Assembly (NCBI GenBank): GCA_002717625.1
Contig: PBEF01000023.1
Span: forward strand, 42,103-106,102
Length of the DNA: 64,000 nucleotides
Reading direction: 5' to 3'
Source of the DNA: Fidelibacterota bacterium
GTDB lineage: Bacteria; Fidelibacterota; Marinisomatia; SCGC-AAA003-L08; D37C17
Below the pieces are notes generated by a model that saw only the letters and a program-made list of their open reading frames with translations, made no database searches and was not told the DNA's origin. Within the stretch, counting starts at the first letter, position 1. Every line of letters starts with the position of its first letter. This document shows positions 9,905 to 20,848 of this stretch, one piece after another. The position numbers and the translations under genes were made by a program.

Positions 9905-10342
9905 ATGGAATTATTAATTAAACCACTTAATCAAAAGGCAAGAGAAAAATATTTAAATCATGGACACTTCCATGATGGTGATGCAGGCCTCGATTTGTAT
10001 GCTTTAGAAGATATCGTTTTTTCTCCTTTAGAAACAAAGAAAATAAAACTAGGTATAGCATGTGAGCCAAAAGATGGTAAGGCATATTATCTCTTTCCAA
10101 GATCTAGTATCTCAAAAACACCTTTGCGTTTATCAAATTCAATTGGCTTGATTGATGGCGGGTATAGAGGAGAAATAATGGCTTCATGTGATAATATAAA
10201 AGATTTTGAATATACTGTAAAGAATGGAGACAGATTGTTCCAATTAGTAGCAACAGATAGCTCTTGTATAAGCTATAGCATAGTTGACACTCTATCAGAT
10301 ACCACACGAGGAAAGGGTGGTTTTGGCAGTACAGGTAGATAA
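9905..10342 (+). CDS. dut: dUTP diphosphatase
   Basis: dUTPase motifs are present (AGLDL, PRSS, GLIDGGYRGE, GGFGSTG). The longest ORF starts at 9872, inside ispG. I prefer the ATG at 9905, which follows an AAGGA motif at 9896-9900 and gives about 145 aa. Confidence 0.9.
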   Translation: MELLIKPLNQKAREKYLNHGHFHDGDAGLDLYALEDIVFSPLETKKIKLGIACEPKDGKAYYLFPRSSISKTPLRLSNSIGLIDGGYRGEIMASCDNIKDFEYTVKNGDRLFQLVATDSSCISYSIVDTLSDTTRGKGGFGSTGR

Positions 10343-10446
10343 TGTGTGCCTATATGTCATACATCTTATTTGTGGCATTAAATTTGTAAATATTAATTTT
10401 GAATTTTATTTTATTTAAATGAATTTATTAAAAAGGAGATTGAGTT

Positions 10447-10731
10447 ATGGGTATAAAACCTTTATCAGATAGAGTTGTTATTAAAGCAGAAGATGCTGAA
10501 GAAAAAACTGCTTCAGGTATAATTTTGCCAGATACAGCAAAAGAGAAGCCTCAAATTGGAGAAGTCGTTGCAGTTGGCCCTGGGAAAAGTAGTGATTCAG
10601 GTACTTTGTTGAAAATGAGTTTGAAAAAAGGAGATAAGGTTCTTTATGGGAAATATTCAGGAACTGAAATTTCTCATAATGGAGTAGATTTATTAATTAT
10701 GAGAGAATCTGATATTCTCGCAATTCTATAA
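10447..10731 (+). CDS. groES: co-chaperonin GroES
   Basis: The 94-aa protein reads [11 protein letters not shown]...[25 protein letters not shown] strong AAAGGAG Shine-Dalgarno motif lies upstream. Confidence 0.97.
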   Translation: MGIKPLSDRVVIKAEDAEEKTASGIILPDTAKEKPQIGEVVAVGPGKSSDSGTLLKMSLKKGDKVLYGKYSGTEISHNGVDLLIMRESDILAIL

Positions 10732-12402
<1,671 letters not shown>

Positions 12403-12440
12403 TTTCATTTTTCTTTATAAAACTTCTAAAATGATAAAAA

Positions 12441-12468
12441 AAGCAGGGCAAATTTGTCCTGCTTTTTT
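12441..12468 (+). terminator. intrinsic terminator after groEL
   Basis: The stem is AAGCAGGGC / GTCCTGCTT (one G-U pair) with loop AAATTT. A T-run follows and an A-run precedes. Confidence 0.7.
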
Positions 12469-12504
12469 ATTTATATAAAAAGATTTATTTTATAGGGTGT
12501 ACAT

Positions 12505-12963
12505 ATGAAGAATAATGCTAATAATATATCAACTAATAGAAAAGCTTTTTATGAATATGATATTTTAAAAAAATATGAGGCTGGTATAGTACTCAAAGGT
12601 TCAGAGGTGAAGTCTATTAGAGAAAATAATTCAAATATTAAAGAAGCGTATATAAGAGTTAAGGATGATGAAATATTTATAATAGGTATGAATATTGCAA
12701 AATATTCTCATGAAGGATATTCTACACATGATCCTGATAGAGAAAAAAAATTATTATTACATAAAAATGAAATACAGAATATAAAAGAAGAAGTAGAAGA
12801 AAAAGGTAAAACAATAATTCCATTGAACTTATATTATAAAAATGGAAAAGTTAAAATTCAATTTGCTATAGCTAAAGGAAGAAAACTTTGGGATAAACGT
12901 AATTATAAAAAAGATCAAGATGTTAATAGGGAAATTGATAGAGCTATGAAAGATATAAAATAA
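12505..12963 (+). CDS. smpB: SsrA-binding protein
   Basis: Motifs NRKAFYEYDILKKYEAGIVLKGSEVKS and KKLLLHK are present. The length of 152 aa fits. Confidence 0.95.
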   Translation: MKNNANNISTNRKAFYEYDILKKYEAGIVLKGSEVKSIRENNSNIKEAYIRVKDDEIFIIGMNIAKYSHEGYSTHDPDREKKLLLHKNEIQNIKEEVEEKGKTIIPLNLYYKNGKVKIQFAIAKGRKLWDKRNYKKDQDVNREIDRAMKDIK

Positions 12964-14168
12964 TGAAATTCAAATCTTTAGAAGAACAATTATACAGAAT
13001 TAAGAGAGGGGTTGAAGAAATTCTTCCTGAAAGTGAATTAGTAGAAAAAATAGAAAAATCTTTATCTACAAATATTCCATTGAATATTAAGCTTGGTTGT
13101 GACCCTAGTAGACCTGATTTACATTTAGGTCATAGTGTCGTTTTAAACAAAATGAAGGATTTTCAAGATTTAGGACATAATGTTACTTTAGTTATAGGTG
13201 ATTTTACTGCTATGATAGGAGACCCTACGGGTAGAAATAAAACAAGACCACAGCTAGATATGAAAACAGCAAAAATTAATGCTGATACATATATTAAGCA
13301 GGCCTCAAAAATATTAGATGTTAAAAAATTAAGAGTTGTTTATAATTCTGAATGGTTATCAAAGCTGAATTTCTCTAAAATTATTAATATTTCTGGAAAA
13401 TTTACTATTGCGCAATTTTTAGATCGAGATGATTTTTCTAAACGTTATAAATCAGGTGTTCCTATTTCTATACATGAATTTATGTATCCTCTTGCTCAGG
13501 GTTATGATAGTGTAGTATTGAGATCTGATATTGAAATAGGTGGAACAGATCAAAAGTTTAATTTACTTCTTGGTAGAGATTTACAGAGAGAATATAACCT
13601 TAGTCCTCAAATTGCAATTATGCTACCTATACTTGAGGGTACAGATGGAAAAATGAAAATGTCTAAATCTTATGATAATTATATATCTTTTAATGATAAA
13701 CCTAATGATATGTATGGAAAAGTTATGTCAATTCCAGATGAATTGCTTTTAAGGTATTATATGTTAACTACAAATATAGATTTGAAGGAAATTGAAGATT
13801 ATAAGCTGATGTTAGATTCTGAAAAAATAACTTATAGAGATTTAAAAAGAAAATTATCTAGAGAGATTATTTCTATTTATTATGATAATGATATTGCTTC
13901 TCAGGCAGAACAGCATTTTATTGATGTTTTTGTAAAAAAAGTTGCTCCTGATGACATTGAAGTTGTTAAGGTTAATTCAAATATTAAACTTATAGACTTT
14001 TTACATGAGCAAGGTTTAGTGCAAAGTAAAGGAGAGTGCAAGAGGCTTATTAAGCAATCTGCTATTAAGTTCAATGATGTAGTTGTTAGTGATGTTAATT
14101 ATGAAATCCAACCATCTATGAATGCTATTATTAAAGTAGGTAAACGAAAATTTATTAAAATTGCCTAA
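12963..14168 (+). CDS. tyrS: tyrosine--tRNA ligase
   Basis: It has the class I HIGH-type motif (HLGH), KMSKS, and a C-terminal S4-like domain. It overlaps the smpB stop by 1 nt. Confidence 0.95.
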   Translation: MKFKSLEEQLYRIKRGVEEILPESELVEKIEKSLSTNIPLNIKLGCDPSRPDLHLGHSVVLNKMKDFQDLGHNVTLVIGDFTAMIGDPTGRNKTRPQLDMKTAKINADTYIKQASKILDVKKLRVVYNSEWLSKLNFSKIINISGKFTIAQFLDRDDFSKRYKSGVPISIHEFMYPLAQGYDSVVLRSDIEIGGTDQKFNLLLGRDLQREYNLSPQIAIMLPILEGTDGKMKMSKSYDNYISFNDKPNDMYGKVMSIPDELLLRYYMLTTNIDLKEIEDYKLMLDSEKITYRDLKRKLSREIISIYYDNDIASQAEQHFIDVFVKKVAPDDIEVVKVNSNIKLIDFLHEQGLVQSKGECKRLIKQSAIKFNDVVVSDVNYEIQPSMNAIIKVGKRKFIKIA

Positions 14169-14988
14169 ATTTTTTAATGAATATAAAATAGTTTTATCTA
14201 GTGTTGCTTCTATATATAGTAAACCTTCTTTTAAATCAGAGCTTATAACCCAGGCTCTTTTTTGGGAAAAATTGACTATTCTTGATAGTAAAGATAATTG
14301 GTATAAAATTAAACAAAGGGATAATTATATAGGATGGATACATTCTTTTTATGTTACAGATTCTTTAGCATATGATAACGATGAATTTTTAAGAGATTTT
14401 AAAAATTGGTATTGGGTTAAGGATAAATTTTTATATTTAAAATTAGAAAATGAAGTAAATTTTTTAGTGAGTTTTGGTTCGCTAGTACCATGTTTAGTAA
14501 AAGGGGAAGAACTATTTATTATATTCCCTGATAATACAGAATTAGCTGTAAATAAAAAAGCCTTAATAAAATTTAAAGATAAGCAAAATTATAGAAAAAT
14601 GGTTTCATATGCTAGCGGTCAATTATTGGGAACTCCTTATTTATGGGGAGGAAGATCTTCATTTGGATTTGATTGTTCTGGTTTGGTTCAAGCTATAATA
14701 AATGTAGCTAATATTAATTCATACAATGTTGAGAAATCATTTTTACCGAGGGATGCATCTAAACAAGCTGGATCAAATATCCTTATTGAAAATCAAGAAG
14801 AACCAAATAAAGGAGACGTGATATTTTTTAAAACTAAAAATATTATTGATCATGTAGGTATATATATTAATAATGTAGATTTTATTCATTCTTCTGGTTA
14901 TGTTAAAGTAAATTCAATTAATAAGACAAGTAGGTATTATTGTCCTAAATTAAAAAATAAATTGTATGGTATATATAGGGTTAGATAA
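14161..14988 (+). CDS. NlpC/P60 (C40) family peptidoglycan peptidase with N-terminal SH3b-like region
   Basis: GTPYLWGGRSSFGFDCSGLV holds the catalytic Cys, and DHVGIY holds the His. It uses a TTG start that overlaps tyrS by 8 nt. Confidence 0.85.
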   Translation: MPKFFNEYKIVLSSVASIYSKPSFKSELITQALFWEKLTILDSKDNWYKIKQRDNYIGWIHSFYVTDSLAYDNDEFLRDFKNWYWVKDKFLYLKLENEVNFLVSFGSLVPCLVKGEELFIIFPDNTELAVNKKALIKFKDKQNYRKMVSYASGQLLGTPYLWGGRSSFGFDCSGLVQAIINVANINSYNVEKSFLPRDASKQAGSNILIENQEEPNKGDVIFFKTKNIIDHVGIYINNVDFIHSSGYVKVNSINKTSRYYCPKLKNKLYGIYRVR

Positions 14989-14990
14989 TA

Positions 14991-15512
14991 ATGTTAAATT
15001 TATCTAGGGTATTATTGTTAAACTATAGTTATGAGCCTGTTATGGTTGTTAGTATAAAAAAAGCTATTATTCTTTATGTTTTGGATAAAGTAGACATACT
15101 TGAGAAATCTGAAAATCAAATCAGATCTTTATATCTTAGTATACCTATACCATATGTGATAAAATTAAAAAAATTTCTTTATGTAAGGCCTAGAAAGCTT
15201 GCTTTGACTAGAAACAATATAATTAAACGGGATGATGGAACTTGTCAGTATTGTGGTTTGAAGCCTTCTTCTGTTACAATAGACCACATTATCCCTAAAA
15301 ATAAAGGTGGTAAAGATAGTTGGGATAATTTAGTAGCAGCATGTAAAAAATGTAATATGTATAAAGGCAATCAATTATTGAATGAAATTAATATGAAGCT
15401 TTTAAAGAGGCCAGCAAAACCTTCATATCTTTTTCATTTACAAAAATATAAAGATAGGCACCCTACATGGGATCCTTATCTTTATTTGAAAAAAGGAGCA
15501 TATTTTGAATAA
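14991..15512 (+). CDS. HNH endonuclease family protein
   Basis: The HNH core is CQYCG...IDHIIPKNKGGKDSWDNLVAACKKCNMYKGN. A conserved-looking N-terminal region (VLLLNYSYEPVMVVSIKKAI) precedes it. Confidence 0.8.
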   Translation: MLNLSRVLLLNYSYEPVMVVSIKKAIILYVLDKVDILEKSENQIRSLYLSIPIPYVIKLKKFLYVRPRKLALTRNNIIKRDDGTCQYCGLKPSSVTIDHIIPKNKGGKDSWDNLVAACKKCNMYKGNQLLNEINMKLLKRPAKPSYLFHLQKYKDRHPTWDPYLYLKKGAYFE

Positions 15513-16494
15513 AAAAATTATTTTATCAGGTATCCAGCCATCAGGAGAGTTGTGTATAGGGAATTATCTAGGAGCATTAAAGCAGTGGAATATATTACAA
15601 GATAAGTATGAAAGTATTTTCTTAGTTGTTGATATGCATGCTCTAACTGTAGATCAAGTTCCCTCAGATTTACGACAAAGATGCTTAAGCTTTGTAGCAC
15701 AATATATTGCCTGTGGGATAGATCCTGATAAAAGTATTATAGCAATGCAATCACATGTGCATGAGCATGTAGAGCTTATGTGGGTTTTAAATTCATTATG
15801 TTATTTAGGTGAGCTAAATAGAATGACTCAGTTCAAAGATAAGTCTAAAGATAAAAAGAATGTTAATGTAGGTTTGTTTACCTATCCGGTCCTAATGGCT
15901 TCTGATATATTGCTTTATCAGGCTGATTTAGTTCCTGTGGGTGCAGATCAAAAACAACATTTAGAGCTATCAAGAGATTTAGCTATAAGGTTTAATTATA
16001 AATATTCTGATACATTTAAAATTCCAGAACCTTTTATACCTGAATCAGGAGCTAGGATAATGAGCCTTCAAGACCCATTGAAAAAAATGTCTAAATCTGA
16101 TTCTAATTTAAATAATATTATAGCTTTATTAGATTCTAACGCTATTATAAAGAAAAAAATTAATAGAGCTGTTACAGATTCTGGAAGTGAAATAAAATAT
16201 TCTGAAGATAAACCAGGGCTTTCAAATCTAATAGATATTTATACATCTCTTACAAATGAAAAGATTGAAGATGTTGAACAAAAATATATTGGTAAAATGT
16301 ATTCTGTATTAAAGAAAGATTTAATAGAAATAATAATTGATTTTTTAGGTCCAATTAAAGAAGAATATACTAAAATAATTAGTGATAAAGCATATTTAGC
16401 AGAAGTCCTTTCTGATGGCTCAGAAAAAGCCTCTTTTAAAGCACGTAGAACGTTATCAAAGGTTTATAGAAAAGTAGGTTTTGTAAAAAAATAG
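15505..16494 (+). CDS. trpS: tryptophan--tRNA ligase
   Basis: The class I ligase reads GIQPSGELCIGNYLGA, and also has VGADQKQHLEL and KMSKS. Confidence 0.95.
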   Translation: MNKKIILSGIQPSGELCIGNYLGALKQWNILQDKYESIFLVVDMHALTVDQVPSDLRQRCLSFVAQYIACGIDPDKSIIAMQSHVHEHVELMWVLNSLCYLGELNRMTQFKDKSKDKKNVNVGLFTYPVLMASDILLYQADLVPVGADQKQHLELSRDLAIRFNYKYSDTFKIPEPFIPESGARIMSLQDPLKKMSKSDSNLNNIIALLDSNAIIKKKINRAVTDSGSEIKYSEDKPGLSNLIDIYTSLTNEKIEDVEQKYIGKMYSVLKKDLIEIIIDFLGPIKEEYTKIISDKAYLAEVLSDGSEKASFKARRTLSKVYRKVGFVKK

Positions 16495-16498
16495 ACAA

Positions 16499-17200
16499 AT
16501 GAGAATTAATAAATATCTTGCTAGGTGTGGTGTGGGTTCAAGGAGGCAGTGTGATGAGTATATTAAAAATAGAAAAATTAAGGTTAACGGTAATGTCATA
16601 GATAATTTTTCTTATTCTGTGAGGGATTCTGATTGTGTCCAATATAAAGGTAAGAACCTGACATTTGTAGTTGAAAATTATATATATATAGTAAATAAGC
16701 CAAGGGGATATATGTGTACTTCTGATGATCCACGAGGAAGGAAGAAAGTTATTGACCTAATACCAGTGAATGTAAGATTGTTTAATATAGGTAGATTAGA
16801 TTATAATACTACAGGTATTATATTATTTACTAATAATGGAGATTTGGCCAATAGTTTATTGCATCCTAGTAATCAGGTGCAAAAAAAATATTATGTTGAA
16901 TCAAAAGAAAATATAAAAAATAATGATATTGAAAATATACGAAAAGGACTTTTTATACCTGGTTTTGGAAAAGTAAGAGCTGATATTACATTGCTGGAAA
17001 GTAAAAAAAATAGTTTTATATGGAATATCATTTTAACAGAAGGGAAAAATAGGGAAATTAGAAGAATCTTTAGCTATTTGAGTAATAAATTAAAAAAAAT
17101 TCATCGATATGAATTTGCAGGGATTAAGTTAGGCAATATAAAATCTGGAAAATATAAAAAAATTAGTTATAGAGAATTTAATAAGTTTACCTCTATATAA
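16499..17200 (+). CDS. pseudouridine synthase, RsuA/RluB family
   Basis: It has an N-terminal S4 domain (RINKYLARCGVGSRRQCD) and the catalytic-Asp motif GRLDYNTTGI. Confidence 0.85.
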   Translation: MRINKYLARCGVGSRRQCDEYIKNRKIKVNGNVIDNFSYSVRDSDCVQYKGKNLTFVVENYIYIVNKPRGYMCTSDDPRGRKKVIDLIPVNVRLFNIGRLDYNTTGIILFTNNGDLANSLLHPSNQVQKKYYVESKENIKNNDIENIRKGLFIPGFGKVRADITLLESKKNSFIWNIILTEGKNREIRRIFSYLSNKLKKIHRYEFAGIKLGNIKSGKYKKISYREFNKFTSI

Positions 17201-17280
17201 AAAAATAAATAAATGTATTTAGAATTCTTACTTAATTTATATTATATTATCAGGCTTTTTGAAAGGGGAGAAATAATAAT

Positions 17281-17937
17281 ATGATTATAGCTATTGATGG
17301 TTTAGCAGGTTCTGGAAAATCTTCTACTGCAAAAATAATAGCAAGTAAGATTGGTTTTAATTATTTTTCGACGGGGAAAATGTATCGTGCTATTACATAT
17401 TATTGTATAGAGCATAATTTGGTTGAATCTTTACCAGGGTCACTTATTAAATGTATTGATAATCTTAAAATTAACTTTAAAGATGATAATTTAAATAGAG
17501 TTTTAATAAATGATAAAGATTACAATGAGCATATTTATTGCAAAGAAGTTAACTCTTATGTAAGTATAGTTAGTTCTATTAAAAAAGTTAGAGTTTTAAT
17601 GGTGAAATTACAGAGAAATATTGCAAAAGATTATAATATTGTATGTGAAGGTAGAGATATAGGCACCGTTGTATTTCCAAGTGCTGATTATAAATTTTTT
17701 TTTAGGGCTGATATAAAATCTAGAGTTAATAGACGATATGCGGAAATAAAATCAAAAAATAATTTAATTACCAAGAAAAAATTGAAAAGTATGATATTGA
17801 ATAGAGATTATAAAGATATGAATAGAAAATTTTCTCCTTTAAAAAAAGCACAAGATGCTATTTTAGTTGTTACGACTAATATGACTATGGATGAACAAGT
17901 AAATTTTATAATTAATAAAATAGATTTAAAAAAATAA
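17281..17937 (+). CDS. cmk: cytidylate kinase
   Basis: It has the P-loop IAIDGLAGSGKSST and an AAAGGGGAG SD motif. The cmk-rpsA gene order is conserved. Confidence 0.9.
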   Translation: MIIAIDGLAGSGKSSTAKIIASKIGFNYFSTGKMYRAITYYCIEHNLVESLPGSLIKCIDNLKINFKDDNLNRVLINDKDYNEHIYCKEVNSYVSIVSSIKKVRVLMVKLQRNIAKDYNIVCEGRDIGTVVFPSADYKFFFRADIKSRVNRRYAEIKSKNNLITKKKLKSMILNRDYKDMNRKFSPLKKAQDAILVVTTNMTMDEQVNFIINKIDLKK

Positions 17938-17944
17938 ATAGGGT

Positions 17945-19807
17945 ATGATTTTTATGATAAATGATGAAAATATTATAGTTAATGATAATGATGAAAATAA
18001 TTCAGAGGATGTTGATGTGAGTGTTGAAAAAGATTCTTCAATTGAGAATATTATTAATAATGAAGAATTAATCGCTGAAAACAGCCAAGATACAGAAGTA
18101 AACATAAAACCTCTATTGGATTATTTAAGTCCAGACATATTAACGGTAAAAGAATATTCATTTGATGAAATAAATAATCTTGATTTAGATAATAAAGACT
18201 TTGATGAAGAAGATGATATATATGATATTAAGGTACAAGATGTATCTGAGAGGCAGTTAGTTAAGGGTACTATAGTTGCTGTTTATGATAAAGAAGTTAT
18301 TGTTGATATAGGATTTAAGTCTGAAGGTATTATTGATAAGACTGAATTTGAAACTATTCCTGAAATAGGTGAAGAGATTGATGTGTTTTTAGTAGTATTT
18401 GAAGATAGGAAGGGTAGATTAATTCTATCAAAGAGAAGAGCAGATTTTGAAAAAAGATGGTCAGAATTAAGAGATGCTGCAGAAAATGATACTATTCTTA
18501 AGGGAACTGTAATTAAAATCATCAAAGGTGGTTTAGTTGTTGATTTAGGAGTTGTAAATGCTTTTTTGCCAGGTTCTCAAGTTGATATAAAACCTGTATC
18601 TAATTTTGAAGAATTTTTAAATAAAGAATTCGATTTTAAAATAGTTAAATTTAATGAATTTAGGCAAAATGTTGTAGTATCTAGAAAAGCAACAATGGAT
18701 TCTGATATAGATGAAAATAGAGCTAAGCTATTAGAAAATATTGATATTGGTTCTTCTATTGAAGGTACTATTAAAAATATAACAGATTTTGGAGCCTTTA
18801 TTGATTTGGGAGGTGTTGATGGACTTTTGCATATCACTGATATAACATGGGGAAGAATTAATCATCCTAGTGATAAATTAGCATTAGGACAATCTATAAC
18901 AGTTAAAATTATAGATTTTGATCAAGAGAAAAAAAGAATATCATTAGGACTGAAACAATTATCTGCTGATCCTTGGGAAGGTGCAGATGATAAATATACA
19001 GAAGGAACAAAGATTTCAGGTAAAGTTGTTAATATGATGAATTATGGAGCTTTTGTTGAGATTGAAGAAGGAATAGAAGGTCTTATTCATATTTCAGAAA
19101 TATCATGGACTAAGCATATAAGACACCCCTCTGATATCTATAAAATAGGAGATAATGTAGATGCTGTAGTACTTTCAATTGATATTGAAACTAAGAAAAT
19201 ATCGTTAGGTGTTAAGCAACTTGAAGACAATCCTTGGTCTGATATAGAAAAGAAAATAAAAGTTGATGAAACATATAAAGGTAATGTTAATAATATAGTC
19301 CAAAATGGAGCATATATTAGTTTGCAAAATGATTTGGAAGGTTTTTTAAATGTTAATGATATATCATGGACAAGAAAAATAAAAAATGCCTCTGATATCA
19401 TTAAAAAGGATCAGGAATTAGAATTGCTTGTATTAGATGTTTCATCTAAAGAAAAGAAAATTTCATTAGGCTTAAAGCAAACAATTAAAGATCCTTGGGA
19501 AAATATTTCAGATTATTTTAACATTGATGATAAGTTAAATGGTAAAGTTCTTTATATATTAGATAAAGGAATTATTTTTCTATTAGATAATGATTTTGAA
19601 GGCATTCTTCCAATAAGTAAAATTAATGAGGACGCTAAAGATTTATTTGAAATTAATAAAGAGTTTGCTCTTATCGTTAGTCAGATTAATCAAGAAAGTA
19701 GAAAAATTGTATTAAATATTGATGAATCTAATAATGAATCTTCTATGGTTGAGGACAAAACTGTTGAAGATGATAAAAATTCTGAACAAGATTTGGATAA
19801 AGAATAA
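17945..19807 (+). CDS. rpsA: 30S ribosomal protein S1
   Basis: It contains six S1 OB-fold repeats (for example GTIKNITDFGAFIDLGGVDGLLHITD and GKVVNMMNYGAFVEIEEGIEGLIHISE). Acidic N- and C-terminal extensions flank them. Confidence 0.95.
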   Translation: MIFMINDENIIVNDNDENNSEDVDVSVEKDSSIENIINNEELIAENSQDTEVNIKPLLDYLSPDILTVKEYSFDEINNLDLDNKDFDEEDDIYDIKVQDVSERQLVKGTIVAVYDKEVIVDIGFKSEGIIDKTEFETIPEIGEEIDVFLVVFEDRKGRLILSKRRADFEKRWSELRDAAENDTILKGTVIKIIKGGLVVDLGVVNAFLPGSQVDIKPVSNFEEFLNKEFDFKIVKFNEFRQNVVVSRKATMDSDIDENRAKLLENIDIGSSIEGTIKNITDFGAFIDLGGVDGLLHITDITWGRINHPSDKLALGQSITVKIIDFDQEKKRISLGLKQLSADPWEGADDKYTEGTKISGKVVNMMNYGAFVEIEEGIEGLIHISEISWTKHIRHPSDIYKIGDNVDAVVLSIDIETKKISLGVKQLEDNPWSDIEKKIKVDETYKGNVNNIVQNGAYISLQNDLEGFLNVNDISWTRKIKNASDIIKKDQELELLVLDVSSKEKKISLGLKQTIKDPWENISDYFNIDDKLNGKVLYILDKGIIFLLDNDFEGILPISKINEDAKDLFEINKEFALIVSQINQESRKIVLNIDESNNESSMVEDKTVEDDKNSEQDLDKE

Positions 19808-19849
19808 AAATACTATTTGTTTGAAAAATTAACATACTTACTATAAACC

Positions 19850-20842
19850 ATGATTGTACTTGGTATTGAAACATCATGCGATGAAACATCTGCTTCTGTT
19901 GTAAAAGATTTTAAAGTTTTAAGTAATGTAGTCAAAACTCAATCAATTCACATTGAATACGGTGGAGTCGTTCCTGATTTAGCCTCAAAAGACCATGAAA
20001 AAAAGATTCTTAATGTAGTTAATGCTAGCTTAAAAGAAGCAAATATTTGTTTATCTGATATTGATGCTGTTGCTGTAACTTATGGTTCCGGTTTACTTGG
20101 TAGTCTTATTGTTGGACTAAATTTTGCAAAAGGACTTTGTGTTGGCTTGAATATTCCCTTAATAGGTGTTAGTCACTTAGTAGGTCATTTATCCTCTAGT
20201 TTTATTAATAAAGAAATTCTTTATCCACACTTGAGCCTAATAGTATCTGGAGGACATACTCAAATATGGCTTGTTAAGAGTAGTCATCAGTATAGTGTTA
20301 TAGCTAATACAGTAGATGATGCTGCAGGAGAAGCTTTTGATAAAGGAGCTAGAATTCTTGGTCTTAGTTATCCAGGAGGACCAGAAATTGAAAAAAAATC
20401 TAAGGATGGTAATCCTAATAAATATATTTTTACAATACCAGAAGTTAAGCAAAATCCTCTTAATTTTTCTTTTAGTGGTTTAAAAACAGCACTATTATAT
20501 AAGAAAAAAGAATTAGATACATTAAAAGAATATCACCTTTCTGATTTAGCTGCCTCTTACCAACATGCAATTGTTAAAACTTTATTAGTTAAGTTAGAAA
20601 GAGCTATTACGCAATATAAAATAAATAATATAACTATAGTAGGAGGCGTCTCTGCTAATTTATATTTTAGAGAATTAGCTAAGTCTTTAGAACAAAAATA
20701 TGATTTAAGAATAGTATTCCCTGATATGGAATATTGTACAGATAATGCAGCAATGATAGCTATGGCTGGTTATTTGCAGTTAAAAGATAAACAGTATTCA
20801 GATTTAACAATTGAAGCTAACCCTAATATAGTTTACAATTAA
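19850..20842 (+). CDS. tsaD: tRNA N6-adenosine threonylcarbamoyltransferase
   Basis: Kae1/TsaD motifs LGIETSCDETSA, SGGHTQ and CTDNAAMIA are present. Confidence 0.95.
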   Translation: MIVLGIETSCDETSASVVKDFKVLSNVVKTQSIHIEYGGVVPDLASKDHEKKILNVVNASLKEANICLSDIDAVAVTYGSGLLGSLIVGLNFAKGLCVGLNIPLIGVSHLVGHLSSSFINKEILYPHLSLIVSGGHTQIWLVKSSHQYSVIANTVDDAAGEAFDKGARILGLSYPGGPEIEKKSKDGNPNKYIFTIPEVKQNPLNFSFSGLKTALLYKKKELDTLKEYHLSDLAASYQHAIVKTLLVKLERAITQYKINNITIVGGVSANLYFRELAKSLEQKYDLRIVFPDMEYCTDNAAMIAMAGYLQLKDKQYSDLTIEANPNIVYN

Positions 20843-20848
20843 GTATAT

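Noticed and set aside
10104-10307. Short antisense ORFs lie inside dut, trpS (15518-15700), tsaD (20237-20452), the second sulfotransferase (26219-26452) and the Cys-rich protein (53575-53757).
   Set aside because: All are 60 to 77 aa and lie opposite recognisable or clearly coding sense frames. They show typical antisense composition.
18283-19401. Three ORFs of 80 to 87 aa lie antisense within rpsA.
   Set aside because: They lie opposite conserved S1 repeats. They are S, I, L and F-rich antisense artefacts.
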